A stretch of DNA of 63,663 nt, the filler included, from Octopus bimaculoides (taxonomy: Eukaryota), in assembly GCF_001194135.2 (NCBI RefSeq). It is 6 parts of 6 records of this genome, joined end to end, with 100 filler letters (N's around TTAATTAATTAA, not from the genome) between each part and the next. Parts side by side here need not be neighbours in the genome. Positions count along the whole stretch, not along the records: positions 1 to 28,070 come from NC_069000.1; 5 more parts are not named here. The stretch is one strand, 5' to 3'. The translations under genes were made by a program, and so were the position numbers. How positions within the stretch are numbered: the first letter of the stretch is position 1; each line of letters begins with the position of its first letter. This document shows, piece after piece, positions 12,851 through 24,837 of the stretch. The notes beneath the pieces are model-generated. The model was not told the DNA's origin, ran no database searches, and worked only from the letters and a program-made list of their open reading frames with translations.

Positions 12851-12961
12851 CTCATCTTCCAATAGCTTCAGTGTCTTTTCTTCAGCATCAAGCAAATCAG
12901 AGATTTTTTCATTATATATTTCCATATATGAAACTCGCAGAAGAAACTGTCGGCTTGGAGC
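12851..12961 (-). CDS. CENPE: CENP-E-like coding exon 5 (APSRQFLLRVSYMEIYNEKISDLLDAEEKTLKLLEDE)
   Basis: FLLRVSYMEIYNE motif characteristic of CENP-E; 111 nt, phases 0/0. Confidence 0.97.
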
Positions 12962-13392
12962 CTTCAAATAAAAAAGAAATGAAATGATAAAAAGAAGTCT
13001 TCCCCATTCTCTCTTCCAGATATTTCCATTATAAACATTGCAAGTGTCTTATAATAATGATGTGGATCCCAGAACATAACTGATGACTGGTAATTATTTC
13101 ATCACTATAATCATAATGTAGGTGCAGATATGGCTGTGTGGTTAAGAAACTTGCTTCCCAATCATATGGTCTCAGGTTCAGTCCCACTGCATGTCACCTT
13201 GGGCAAGTGTCTTTTTCTATAATCCCCGGCTGACCAAAGTCTTGTGAGTGGATTTGATAGACAGAAACTGAAACAAGCCTATTTTGTATGTAGATATATG
13301 TGTGTGCGTGTATGTCATCATATATATATATATATATATATGAAAAAATTGATAGAAATGGCTTTTCTACCTAATTTATAAAGATCTGCATA

Positions 13393-13752
13393 GGCGCAGG
13401 AGTGGCTGTGTGGTAAGTAGCTTGCTTACCAACCACATGGTTCCGGGTTCAGTCCCACTGCGTGGCATCTTGGGCAAGTATCTTCTACTATAGCCTCAGG
13501 CCGGCCAAAGCCTTGTGAGTGGATTTGGTAGACGGAAACTGAAAGAAGCCCGTCGTATATATGTATATGTATATATATGTGTGTTTGTGTGTCTGTGTTT
13601 GTCCCCCCAACATCAATGACAACCGATGCTGTTCAGCAAAAAGAGACTGATAGAATAAGTACTAGGCTTACAAAGAATAAGTCCTGGGGTCGATTTGCTC
13701 GACTAAAGGCGGTGCTCCAGCATGGCCACAGTCAAATGACTGAAACAAGTTA
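13393..13752 (+). mobile_element. Long tRNA-derived SINE with internal (TA)n/(TG)n, family 'ggcgcaggagtggctgtgtgg'
   Basis: A/B-box head, cttgggcaagt core, internal microsatellite, tail ctccagcatggcc..agtcaaatgactgaaacaag. Other copies at ~5205-5360, 9053-9210, 13125-13280, 19915-20055 and 38540-38648 (+), and ~27151-27320, 38775-39170, 39190-39360 and 39530-39657 (-). Confidence 0.85.
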
Positions 13753-14442
13753 AACAGTATCTAATTATTACAATGGAAAAATTATCAGATAAGTCATTTC
13801 TATTAATTTTTTTTCCCAATGTATAATACTATACCAAGGACTTTCTATTTCTAATTCCACTCCGTGTGTGTGTGTGTGTGTTGGTAGCCTTGTCTTAGCA
13901 TTACATGATGGTTATAAATGTGCATCATCAACACATAAGTGGTAGTGTTCGTTTCCAGTCTTCCACAAAAAACTTGTCTGGCCATGGGAAATGTAGCAGA
14001 GAAAGCTTTGTAATTATGACATCCTTTAGGACACTATCAAATGAAATAATCAAACTATCTTTCCACCAAACTGTAAATTGACTGAGCAGAAGCCAATTAG
14101 ACTATCTTGATTGGTTCTATAACTAGCCAATTAGCAACCACTCTCCCGAGCCTCTTTTGCAGTATTTAAGGGGAAATGTAGTTAAAAATAGAAATGTAAA
14201 GAGGAAAAAAGGCTTTAGCTAGCAACCGAAGAATATTAACATTCTCACCGTGTCTCTCTGTTTGAGAGCACATTATGATAACATCCAAACTGTTTGAGAG
14301 TTTTCCTACTTTTGTTAACTTGTTGAGAAAAATTTCTATAACCTTTGGAGACAAAACCTACTGATGACTTTATACTTAAGACACAACCATTTTCACATGA
14401 GACAAAAATGCAGAAGTTATTTAATGTACAGTTACAAAATAT

Positions 14443-14815
14443 GTTGTTGGCACTCCGTCGCTTACGACGTCGAGGGTTCCAGTTGATCCAATCAACGGAA
14501 CAGCCTGCTCATGAAATTAACGTGCAAGTGGCTGAGCACTCCACAGACACGTGTACCCTTAACGTAGGTTTTGGGGATATTCAGCGTGACACAGTGTGAC
14601 AAGGCTGACCCTTTTGAATTAGAGGTACAACAGAAACAGGAAGAAAGTTGTGTTGGAAGAGTACAGCAGGGTTCGCCACCATCCCTTGCCGGAGCCTCGT
14701 GGAGCTTTAGGTGTTTTCGCTCAATAAACACTCACAATGCCCGGTCTGGGAATCGTAACAGCGATCCTATGACCGCATGTCCACTGCCCTAACCACTAGG
14801 CCATTGCGCCTCCAC
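14443..14815 (-). mobile_element. tRNA-Arg-like SINE (OR-type), full length with 11 bp TSD
   Basis: Same family as the 9975 copy; TSD TTACAAAATAT at 14432-14442 and 14816-14826. Confidence 0.92.
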
Positions 14816-15036
14816 TTACAAAATATAACCGAATCTCAAAAAGACAAAGGAAATTTTGTGTACTTTTGAAGAGATAGATGATTTTTCTTCTTTGTAGCAA
14901 AACTAGTTACCTTTTAATAGTTAATTGTAATATTTAATGCATATAAATAAAATAAAAGGAATAAAATGCTATGGCTAACAATATCATTTCTTCATTGTTG
15001 TTATTCTTACCAAAGACACATCTCAAGTTTACTTAC

Positions 15037-15155
15037 ATTATCGATGGCATCAAACATGGACTTCATTGCCATTGGAATTATTCCTTTCTCTTCTTTTGTA
15101 CCAGACATTGTGTAGGTTTTCCCAGAAGAAGTCTGGCCATAAGCAAAAATGGTTC
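15037..15155 (-). CDS. CENPE: CENP-E-like coding exon 4, P-loop ([40 protein letters not shown])
   Basis: [11 protein letters not shown]-loop typical of kinesin-7; AG/GTAAGT sites; 119 nt, phases 1/0. Confidence 0.97.
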
Positions 15156-15278
15156 CTAAAAATGATTAAAAAGCAAACATTATTTGTGTATGGACAGAGA
15201 ACAGGAAGAAGACAGTTATGATGAGAGGAAGAGAGATGTTTACATTGAATTGATTTAAACAATAGCACTATAGTTTAA

Positions 15279-15486
15279 CCCTTCAACATTCAAATTACTC
15301 TCTCAAATGTAATGCTTATTTATCCACACTGTTTTTAATTAATCTGCATTATCTTGTAGCTTCAAAGATTCCGATGATGTGATTGTTTATTTTTATAATG
15401 ACACTAGGGTAGGTATGAGAGGCTGAATCTGGCCAGTTTGAACATAGAATTGGTAGAAAATTTGGGCCAGGTTAAATGCTAAAGGG
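15279..15486. mobile_element. piggyBac-like MITE (TTAA-CCCTT...AAGGG-TTGA)
   Basis: TIR cccttcaacatt/aatgctaaaggg flanked by TTAA and a decayed TTGA. Confidence 0.75.
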
Positions 15487-15626
15487 TTGATTATAATGCA
15501 ATACAACTGATGGAATCAACCTAAGTATACCACTGACACATACTTTTTAAATCAAAAGCAATGAAAGACAAAGGTAACCCCAGTGATATTTATAGTGAAA
15601 TTGGAAAAAGATGAAACAAGCTACTA

Positions 15627-15838
15627 CAGGGTGTCCACAAGGTCTGGGTACATGGAGTAAATAAAATCATAACATAAACAATTAAATGTAAGAAATAATA
15701 ATTTCTTAAAGTATGTGTCAATCCCCTTGTGGGTACATGGAGTAAATAAAACCATATCATAAACAATTAAATACAAGAAAAACTAATTTCTTAAAGTATG
15801 TGTTAATCCCCATGTACCCAGACTTTGTGGACACCCTG
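15627..15838. mobile_element. Tc1/mariner-type MITE with TA TSD and internal duplication
   Basis: TA-CAGGGTGTCCACAAGGTCTGGGTACATGG...CCATGTACCCAGACTTTGTGGACACCCTG-TA; an ~85 bp internal segment is repeated twice. Confidence 0.9.
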
Positions 15839-16609
15839 TATAATGTACCCAGGTTGTTACTCTCTTGTTCTTGACTTTGGTCATTGATGTTTAATATCAC
15901 TTCTCCATGTGTTGACAATGCTACAATTATTTTTCAGAAGAGTACAATTGATTGGTTTAAACCCTCATATGTACACATGTGTATGTGTAAATATACACAT
16001 ACATGTTTCATTCACTCTCACTCTCTTCCCAGACTCGCAACCTTCACCATCATTTCCCTTCTTCTTAATCTACCTACAGTCTTATTATACTACTGCTCAC
16101 CATCCTTTCTGCACTGTCATTTTCTAGATCTGCTCTTCTAGGCCATAGGCCACACCTACTCCTTTCCCCCATCCACTCCTAAACTGATGCTTACACTCAA
16201 CCACACCTCCACATCTCTAATGAATGTGTTGTATTAAAAAAAACCAATAATATTGGCGAGAGACAAAAGAGAAACAATCACCCCAGCAGAGGCCAGCAAG
16301 AGCATCACAGATGCATTTCAGCCTTTTTGGGTCTCTTCAAAGACATGTACTTACAGTCAGTCGTATGCCACATACCAGATTTTTATTCAGACGGGGGACT
16401 ATTTGCAACATCAATGAATGTCACGTTCACTATATCCTATATTGCAGAGAATGAATTCTCATAAAAATGTACAGACTTGTGCTTTGTACATTTTCATACA
16501 CAAGGTTTGAGTCAAAATCTATAGCTAGAGTATAAAGCACTCACCCTGTTGCTATGCAACTGAGAGACCAGAGAGAAAATCATGTGATTGCAAAGGAGAG
16601 GAAGTGATG

Positions 16610-16936
16610 GAAGAGCCCACCCCCGCCTTCCTTCAGTCATGAATGACCATCGGATTGCACCTAGAAGGTTACCTTCCGAAGAAATAAGTCCCAGGAAGGT
16701 TGTTTAGAGAAGACCAGCCTCCCCTCTTCATGTCACCGATATTATCCAAGGGAAAGGCAAAGGCCGATACAGCTTGGTACTAGTGCTGTTGCAATTCATT
16801 TCTACAGCTGAGTGAACTGGAGCAATGTGAAATAAAGTGTCTTAATCAATAACACAACACACAGCCCAGTCCAGGAATCGAACTCACTACCTCATGATTG
16901 TGAGCCTGATGCTCTAACCATTGAGCCATACCTTCA
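16610..16936 (-). mobile_element. tRNA-derived SINE with CORE-like domain
   Basis: Head gtatggctcaatggttagagc..gagttcgattcc, core ttgctccagttcactcagctgtagaaatg; decayed relatives at ~8735-8885 (-) and ~50310-50425 (+). Confidence 0.7.
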
Positions 16937-17104
16937 CATGTGATTAGAAAACAAACTTCTTGAGTGCACAACCACAGCTATTCTCACACTGCAAGACCAA
17001 AACTGAAGATGTGACACCCACTCAACCACATCCAACAAAAACATACAATAATTTCGGAGAGTAGTGAAAGAAAACAAATAATCTTAAATGAGAAAATTGC
17101 TTAC

Positions 17105-17194
17105 CATTGAAACCCTCCATAGTGGCACAAATAATTGGTTCCACAGTTTCATGATAAATGTCTGCTGTATTGTCATTACAATCATAAACACGAT
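17105..17194 (-). CDS. CENPE: CENP-E-like coding exon 3 (DRVYDCNDNTADIYHETVEPIICATMEGFNG)
   Basis: tttttgtag acceptor, gtaagc donor, 90 nt, phases 1/1; kinesin FDRV...EGFNG motif. Confidence 0.95.
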
Positions 17195-17228
17195 CTACAA
17201 AAACAAAACAACATCTCACCATTAATAT

Positions 17229-17464
17229 TTCTTATTTCTTTATTGCCCACAAGGGGCTAAACATTGAGGGGACAAACAAGGACAGACAAAGGGATTAAGT
17301 CGATTACATCGACCCGAGTGCGTAACTGGTACTTAATTTATCGACCCTGAAAGGATGAAAGGCAAAGTCAACCTCGGCGGAATTTGAACTCAGGACGTAG
17401 TGGCAGACGAAATACCGCTAAGCATTTCGCCCGGCATGCTAACGTTTCTGCCAGCTCACCGCCT
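17229..17464 (-). mobile_element. tRNA-derived SINE (Meta-like core) with 13 bp TSD
   Basis: Head ggcggtgagctggcagaaacgttagc, core gcctttcatcctttcagggtcgataaattaagtaccag; TSD TCACCATTAATAT at 17216-17228 and 17465-17477. Confidence 0.9.
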
Positions 17465-18689
17465 TCACCATTAATATATCTGTAATCAGCTGGCAGAATT
17501 GTTAGTCTGTTGGATAGAAATGGTTAGAGACATTTGATCTTTAGTGGGTATGTACAAAAGTTTTTTAAAAGAATATTTGCATAGTATTCAACTACAAGGG
17601 GTATTTTCCTTGTTTCTGCTTGTCTCTGTCTCTCCTGTTTACTCTTGTGGGTTTGAGGTCATTGTGAATTTTTGGCAGAGAAGAAGGAGGAGGAGGAGGA
17701 GCAGAATGCGGGAGTGCCATGATAGTAGTAGGATGTTAAATGGTCAAGTGCCCTGAAAGTGACTTGTGGATGGTAGTAGTGACTGAATTCTTGAGACACC
17801 TCTTTTGAATGTATTGTTTATAATATTTGCGTAGGTGTCATTCTAAACAGCAATAGTAGTAAAGTAAGGAAGGAGGTGGCGGAGAGGACAAAGAGAAGAG
17901 AGAATAATGAGGGAATGCAGGTGGTATGATAGTAGTAGGATGTTAAATGGTCAAGTGACCTAAAAGTGGCTCATTGTGGATTATAGCAGTGATTGGGTCT
18001 GTTTTTCTAATCAATTCTTGGGTATCTCTTGAATGTATCATTTTTAATATTTGCATGTGTGTTTGTTTTATTCTAAGGTCATGGTGGATATGTCGTTTGT
18101 TGTAGATGCGTTCAAAAGGGGTCTGTATTTTGTAATAAAGAGAGTCTCTTTACTAATTTGTTGGCTACAGGTTGTATCGTCCCTAAATTGTTAGAGGGGA
18201 AAAATTCTGAAGCTTGGATTTTTGTTATTGGTGCAAATGTCGATGTGCTGGCTGAATGTTATTCTTCTGTTTTGGGGAATTTTGATCTGGGATCTGTGCA
18301 GAGCCATCCTTTGACGGAGACTGTTTTTTGTTTGGCCTATGTATTACTCTTGACACCCAGAGCAGGTTAGTGTGTATATCAGGTTCTCCGAAGCACATGT
18401 GAAGCTGCTTTTCACTGTTTGATGGAGAACTCTGATCCCTCAAATTGACGCATATCCCACAGTGGGGTCTTCTGCATTTTTTTACTGACAGCTTCTGTGT
18501 TGTTATTGAGCGTATTCGGGCTTGTGTTAGGAGACTTTTCATAGATTTGGGTTGTCCCTTGCTTTTTATGATGGTGTGTGTTTGGAGGATGAAGTTCATT
18601 CTGAGGTCCTTTTTATATACATATTACACACACACATGTATGTGTATATGTGTGTGAGTGAGTATATGTTTGTTTCCTTTATTTATTCA

Positions 18690-18862
18690 TATTGCTTGAA
18701 TTAATCATTGCAATATCTCATAGCTTTGATATATCAACAATGTGATTGGTTATTTTTAGAATAACATTGTAGGGTAGATGCGAGAGGCCAAATCAAGCTG
18801 GTTTGAGCATAAAAACAAGTAGAATATTTGGACCAGATACAGCCAGTTTAAATGCTAGAGGG
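18690..18862. mobile_element. piggyBac-like MITE, truncated copy
   Basis: Same interior; ends aatgctagaggg-TTAA. Confidence 0.6.
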
Positions 18863-19038
18863 TTAACGCCCATTTTTCCATGCTGGCATGGGTTGGACGG
18901 ATTTTATTACAGGATATTTTACACAAAGTGGCATATATTGTTTGAACACGAGGAAAAGGTAACACGTTTTCATCCTCTCTCAGTTTGCCGGCATTTCTGC
19001 TGACACCTTTCTTTAATAAGTAAAATTTATGCACTTAC

Positions 19039-19133
19039 CAAACATATATGGCTGATTATTGGTTCCTTCTGTAGCTGAGATAACTCTCTTCTCTCTGGTT
19101 TGCCACGCTAAGTCACTGCCATTGTGCTTCTCA
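19039..19133 (-). CDS. CENPE: CENP-E-like coding exon 2 (EKHNGSDLAWQTREKRVISATEGTNNQPYMF)
   Basis: tctcttgtag acceptor, gtaagt donor, 95 nt, phases 2/1 fit both neighbours; ends in the 'yxFD' motif. Confidence 0.9.
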
Positions 19134-20097
19134 CTACAAGAGAAAAATATTATTTGCCTGTCAGTGAATAAATGTATACTATTTGTGATCAGATTCATAA
19201 AGAATATGGCAGCCTAATGAGGCTATAAATAATTTATCAAGGAAAGTAATTGGTTATGATTTTTTTAAAGTAAAAATTACTAATAATTAGTTAATAGATT
19301 TTAATTTTTAAAAAAATGTTCTCAAAACTTGTGCAATAATTCAGCAACAATAATATTACTGGTAAAGTTAATGAATAATAGTATATTGCTTGGCTCTTGT
19401 GCGGGTGACACATGAGGTTTCTCGAGCGAGATGAGCGTGGCCGTTGCCAGTACCGCCTGACTGGCCTTCGTGCGGGTGACACGTAAAAGCACCCACTACA
19501 CTCTCTGAGTGGTTGGCGTTAGGAAGGGCATCCAGCTGTAGAAACACTGCCAAATCAGATTGGAGCCTGGTGTAGCCATCTGGTTTCACCAGTTCTCAGT
19601 CAAATCGTCCAACCCATGCTAGCATGGAAAGCGGACGTTAAACGACGACGACGATATAAAATATATATATATATATATATACATGGGGATGCACTTCTAT
19701 GACGATCTCTCACTCTCTCTTTCACATGTGTGTGTGTGCATGCATATGTGTGAAGATGGATAAATAGCTAGACAGACAAGACAGAATAGATAGACAAACA
19801 TAGATAGATAGAGAGACAAACAGATAAGCAATGGATGGATAGACAAACAGATAGATAGGCAAAGAGACAGACAGACAGACAGGCAGATGTGAGTGTAAAT
19901 ATTTTTGTATATACATGCATGGCTGTGTTGTTAACAAGTTTTCTTTCCAAAGAATGTGATTTCAGATTCAGTCCCACTAAGCGGCACATGAGCAAGTGTC
20001 TTCTGTAAAATTTTGCGAGTGGATTTTGTGAATGAAAACCCAAAGAAGCCTGTCGCATGCATGTGTATATAAAAATGTGTGTGTGTGTTGAGCTTAC

Positions 20098-20147
20098 CGT
20101 TCATTAAGTGGCCGTAGTCGAATAACGACTTGAATCTTGTCTGACAT
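20098..20147 (-). CDS. CENPE: Kinesin-7/CENP-E-like, coding exon 1 (MSDKIQVVIRLRPLNER)
   Basis: ATG at 20147 lies 10 nt after the acceptor ttatctttgcag (exon starts 20157). Kinesin beta1 motif IxVxIRxRP. Donor CG|gtaagc, phase 2. Confidence 0.92.
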
Positions 20148-20265
20148 TTTATTCAATCTGCAAAGATAAAACAATATCATCATCATCATCATCATATTCG
20201 TTTAATATCTGCCTTCCATGCTGGCATCGGTGGAACAAATCAAATGAAAAGCAAAATGTCTTATA

Positions 20266-20471
20266 CAGTAATCCCTCGACTATCGCAGGTGTTACATTCC
20301 AAAACCTCCCACAGAAATAATTAAAATCTAAAAAAATATGAATACCTATCAGCCACAGAAACCTGCAGTATACTGAGGAGTCTGTGATATAAATTTGCAT
20401 ATATTAGCCAGAAAAATCTGCAATGTACTGAGTGCACAATAGGTGAACCACAATATGGTGAGGGATCACTG
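20266..20471. mobile_element. pogo/Tigger-like MITE
   Basis: TA-CAGTAATCCCTC...GAGGGATCACTG-TA; second copy at 61590-61812. Confidence 0.8.
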
Positions 20472-20479
20472 TATATCAA

Positions 20480-21029
20480 CCCTTTAGCATTTATACCAGC
20501 CATATCAAGCCCAAATATTCTATCTGTTTTATGTTCAAACTGGTCAGATCTAGCTTCTCATACCTGTCCTACAATGTCATTCTAAAAATATACATTGACA
20601 TCATCAAAATGTCGAAGCTACGAGATGATGCATGGTTAATTCAAGGACAGTTGCGTAAGGAAGTGCAGATCTCTAACTGTGGAGGGAATCTGGAGAAAGA
20701 CATGATCTTTGGATGCTGGGTCTCACAGAGGTGATGACAAATGATCAAGACCTTTGACCATTTGCTGTACCTCAGAAAACTTGTCAAGCCAAGTGAAATC
20801 GTAGTGATGGACAGTGTCAGTGACACATAAAAGGCACTGACTACACTATTGGAGTGGTTGGTATTAGGAAGGGCATCCAGCTGTAGAAACCAAGCCAAAA
20901 TTAGACTGGAGCCTAGTACAGATCTCCAGCTTAGCTGTTTTGGTTAAACCATCTAACCCATGCCAGCATAGAAAACAGACATGAAATTATGATGATGTTA
21001 ATAAGTAAGATAATCTGAATGCTAAAGAG
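20480..21029. mobile_element. piggyBac-like MITE (reverse orientation) interrupted by ~350 bp including a SINE
   Basis: ccctttagcatt at 20480 and aatgctaaagag-TTAA at 21018-21033; SINE at ~20820-20995 inside. Confidence 0.6.
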
Positions 21030-21546
21030 TTAATCATTACAAGCATTGGCACGAGGTCAACATTTTAGTGGTGTGTGTAAGCAGAGTTTTTTAAGTTACT
21101 TCACTAGCACTTAGTTTATTGGACGTTGGAAGGATCCAGCCATTTTCTCTGCCCTCTATTCCTGGGAGGGTTGTTGGGGTATAATCCTAAGGCATCTTTT
21201 TCATAGGGTCCTATCAAAAGCAACTGGCATTACACTTTCCAGCTGGATCACCAAGTGTGACCAACTAAAAGTATGGATATTATCCAACTATATCATTCTT
21301 AGTTTACCCCTCGGTTTCCTGCCAGTTGGATCAGGTTGAATAATCAATCTTGCAATTCTCCCTTGTGGCATTCTAATCACATGTCCATAGTACAAGAGCT
21401 GTGACCTTCCTGATCACCGAGCTTATACACCCTGTCAAGTAACATAACTCCAGAGATCCATTTAAGGACCCCCATTTCAGCCGCTTGTATTTGCGATCGT
21501 ATTGTTTAACACAAGATATTTTTATGAGTTATTATGTGTCATTTAT

Positions 21547-21702
21547 GTAAATAAGATATAATAATGCACTAAGCAATAACACACTATTCAGATAATATTA
21601 TAACAGTTTAACATTCTAAGACATCGTAAATAAGATATAATAATGCACTAAGCAATAACACACTATTCAGATAATATTATAACAGTTTAACATTCTAAGA
21701 CA
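21547..21702. repeat. 79 bp tandem duplication (2 copies)
   Basis: gtaaataagatataataatgcactaagc...attctaagaca starts at 21547 and 21626. Confidence 0.95.
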
Positions 21703-22858
21703 ACAAGTGTAATTAAGTGAAGAATTGCTAAAATGTGGATCGTGGGAGTTTAAGGAGTTGCAACTAAAACTTCTTGTAAATATTGTAGATGTGAACTAAA
21801 GACAAAATTCCAAGACTTAAAACTCTCAACAAACTCTAAGAGAACATACTAATGCAACATCTTTGAAGAACACCTCCCACATCATCATCTTATAATGTGT
21901 CATGCCAACATGAAGGATCGGTTGCAATGAACGAGTGTTGTTACTCTGCTACAAAGAAATGTGGGCCATCTTTCGTTTTCACTCGCAGAAACGAGGTTAT
22001 GCGAGTCATTTAGTTGACTTATACAAGAATAATAATGGTGTTAGCAAAATGTATCTAATCTGAAAATCACCACACAAAATATAAATATAATTCCATAATT
22101 CCTGACTGCAACTATTTTGAAAATGATAGGTTTATTTTGACTTGTTAGACAAGTCGATTTTACTGTAATGAAACTATTTAGCATTTCTATAAAATACTAT
22201 TGTAACTTTTCAATGCCATTTTAATGATCAAATTTCAAAATTTACCGAACTATCTATTGGTTAACTTGATAGCGATAAAATCCACTGTTAATCTTTGGCC
22301 ACAATCGTTATTGTATAAAATGTATTTGATTTCATCTATTTTAATATTTAAAATAGGAAACCGTAATACAATAATTACGTAAAATAGTAATGACTTACGC
22401 AGTTTGAAACTACAAACGTGTCTGACAAAATAGTGTTATTTTCCTACATAATATCTGTACTTCGGTCTACTAGTTACAAAATACATATGTATATATAAAA
22501 TGACTAAATCAAAAGCACTTTACAATTCTGCTTATTATATAGAGATTAACGAGATTTTGTTCACTTTTCATAAGTGCATATTGTCCATCATATATGTGTG
22601 TGTGTGTGTGTATAAGGTTCGAAGATCACCTCTTTCTTTTTTTTTGTTTTTTTTTTTATAAATTCCTAAAATATTCAGATTTTGATGCTATTCAAAAGAA
22701 ATCGGACATTCCCTGAGTAGTGGGAGAGCTGATTTGAAAGTGATGTCAAGTGAAACTATGATAAAACAACAAATATAAACAAGCACCTTAATTACTGTTA
22801 ATATTAGAAGTCCAAAATTTTATTGTACTTACATTTATTTGAGATTATGTTTACTTAC

Positions 22859-22940
22859 ACGATGTAACCAAAATATAGTAATGTCGAACAGAAATCGTTC
22901 GGCTTAAATGTTTTGATAAAACGCAAACAGTTGATAGAAA
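22859..22940 (-). other. Candidate non-coding first exon of the CENP-E-like gene
   Basis: Consensus donor CGT|gtaagt after 22859, just downstream (minus strand) of the CHR/CCAAT core. Alternative gtaagt donors follow 22833 and 22399. The start is a guess. Confidence 0.35.
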
Positions 22941-23050
22941 ATTCAAACTTTAACGAGAACGAATGAGGAACATAATTTAATATTACCACGCTCGTATTTC
23001 ATTGGTTGATGAAAATAAACTACCGATGCTGATTGGTCAATGAATTTAAA
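22925..23050. promoter_or_regulatory. Putative bidirectional core promoter: MYB-like site, CHR-like element, two NF-Y CCAAT boxes
   Basis: Minus strand: GACCAATCAG (ATTGG 23032-23036), AACCAATGA (ATTGG 23001-23005), TTTGAA (22942-22947), CAACTG (22928-22933). TTTAAA palindrome at 23045-23050. CpG is locally retained. Lies between two divergent ATGs. Confidence 0.6.
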
Positions 23051-23540
23051 ACCGGTGTAGATGGAATAAAAGTAACTGTGGATAAATCTGATGTGTTGAT
23101 AAATTTTTGTAACAGAAATTTTATAATCATTTATTTTTCCTTGACATTAATAAAATAAGAAATTATTTTGAAACAAACATAACGAAAACTTTTTTGTAAA
23201 TTGCAATTAAATCTAACTTAATATATAATTGATTCTTCCGTTTCATAGTTGAAAACATAAAAAGAGAAGTCAGTTCCTGCTGGAACTCCGAACGTTATTG
23301 TGCTTTTAATAAATGCCGCATGCAATATTTACCTATCTTCATTTGCTTCTTATTTATATAAGGGCATTACTACAGAATTTGCTTCTTATGCTTAAAACCT
23401 CTTTGTGACATTTCTATCTCGCAATCTCTCTATCTAGGTATAATGAGATAAATACGAAACAGCAGTGCTGAAGAAGTAAAGCAACTCAACCTTTAGTAAA
23501 TACGGTGTTGTATTGTTTACCTGTCATTTAGAATTATAGA

Positions 23541-23678
23541 ATGATCATGTCATCTAACCTACAGCAATTCCAGTTTTGTTCTATATGTCATGCAAGTCAT
23601 ACTGGGGGTAAAAAACATGTCTATTCCAAGAAACATAAATTGTTTCTAGATAAGGCATTGAAACGGTTTGATGAGAAA
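23541..23678 (+). CDS. CENATAC: CENATAC/CCDC84 coding exon 1, zinc finger 1 (MIMSSNLQQFQFCSICHASHTGGKKHVYSKKHKLFLDKALKRFDEK)
   Basis: CxxC...GxxHVYSxKH matches the CCDC84 N-terminus (human CPLC..GRGHVYSRKH). Donor AAA|gtaagt, phase 0. Second in-frame ATG at 23547. Not in the ORF track. Confidence 0.9.
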
Positions 23679-24837
23679 GTAAGTAACTCAATTCGCATTC
23701 ATTACTAATATTGTTGGTTAGCCACAGGCAGAACTCTAAATGGTTAAACAATCGCAAGTCATTCATCTTTGGCCATCATCTCGTCTTTTGGCGATCTTTT
23801 GATTTAAGAACGTTGCAATTATAAATGGGGCATACCTACGCAAATGTATCCCCACTGAAAGTTACGAGGAAATTAAGCCGAAGGGGGCATGATTGTGCAG
23901 ATGTACCTTATAATTTTGTTACTATAGCTCTCTCTTTTACTTTACTACAGATTATTGCTTTTATTTTTATATATGGTGTAACACACACACACACATACAT
24001 ACATACTTACATATATTGTTATGTCAATGAGTTTCTCTAGGACAGCATTTTTCAAACTGGGTCGCGACAAGAAAGGTGATCGCCCATAATAGTACATATT
24101 ATTATGAATTTATTATTCATATACAAAAAAAAAAAAAGATGTTATCGCAGTCGAAATGACTTCAAGGTTTTGTCCAAGGCAATCGAGAGTCTCTCACTCT
24201 CTCCCTCTCTTTTTTTCCTTGAATCCCTAACTATCGAATAAGTTTGGTTGAATTTTAATAACAAGTTGTAATCAACAACTCTGGCAATGGACAAACACAC
24301 ACACACATTCTCAAACAAGTTTGTTCCAAAATTGGTAAACTGAATGACTAGTTGTCAACAGTTATTTTTTACATAACATAATTTTTTATATTTTTTATCA
24401 GTCTTTACTAATTTTGCAGGCAGACATACAGATACTTCACTAGCAGTGAGCACTTTCACTTCTGACAGCTAATAGCATGACAGTGCCGCATAATTTCCTA
24501 TTTCTTCTCAGTCTTTACGGATTTCAAATTTTGGTACAAGGCCAGCAATTTGAGGGGAGGGAACAAGTTGATTAGATGGACTCCAGTTTTCAACTGGTAC
24601 TTATTTCATTGACCCCCAAAGGATGAAAGACAAAGTCAACCTCAGCAAGTTTTGAGTTCAGAATGTAAAGATGGGACCAAATACTGTTAAGCATTTTGCC
24701 CAGCATGCAAACACTAGTGCCAGTTCAATACTTTCAGTGCCTATTAGATATTAGTGTTATGTTGAGATCAGTTCAATCTTCTTTGTCCTTCTTCATTGTT
24801 AAATGAGTTCCTTTTTGTTTTCTTTTTTTCTTTCCAG

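Noticed and set aside
23167-23172. Second TTTGAA on the plus strand as a CENATAC-side CHR
   Set aside because: Lies in very AT-rich DNA ~130 bp from the CCAAT pair; expected by chance.
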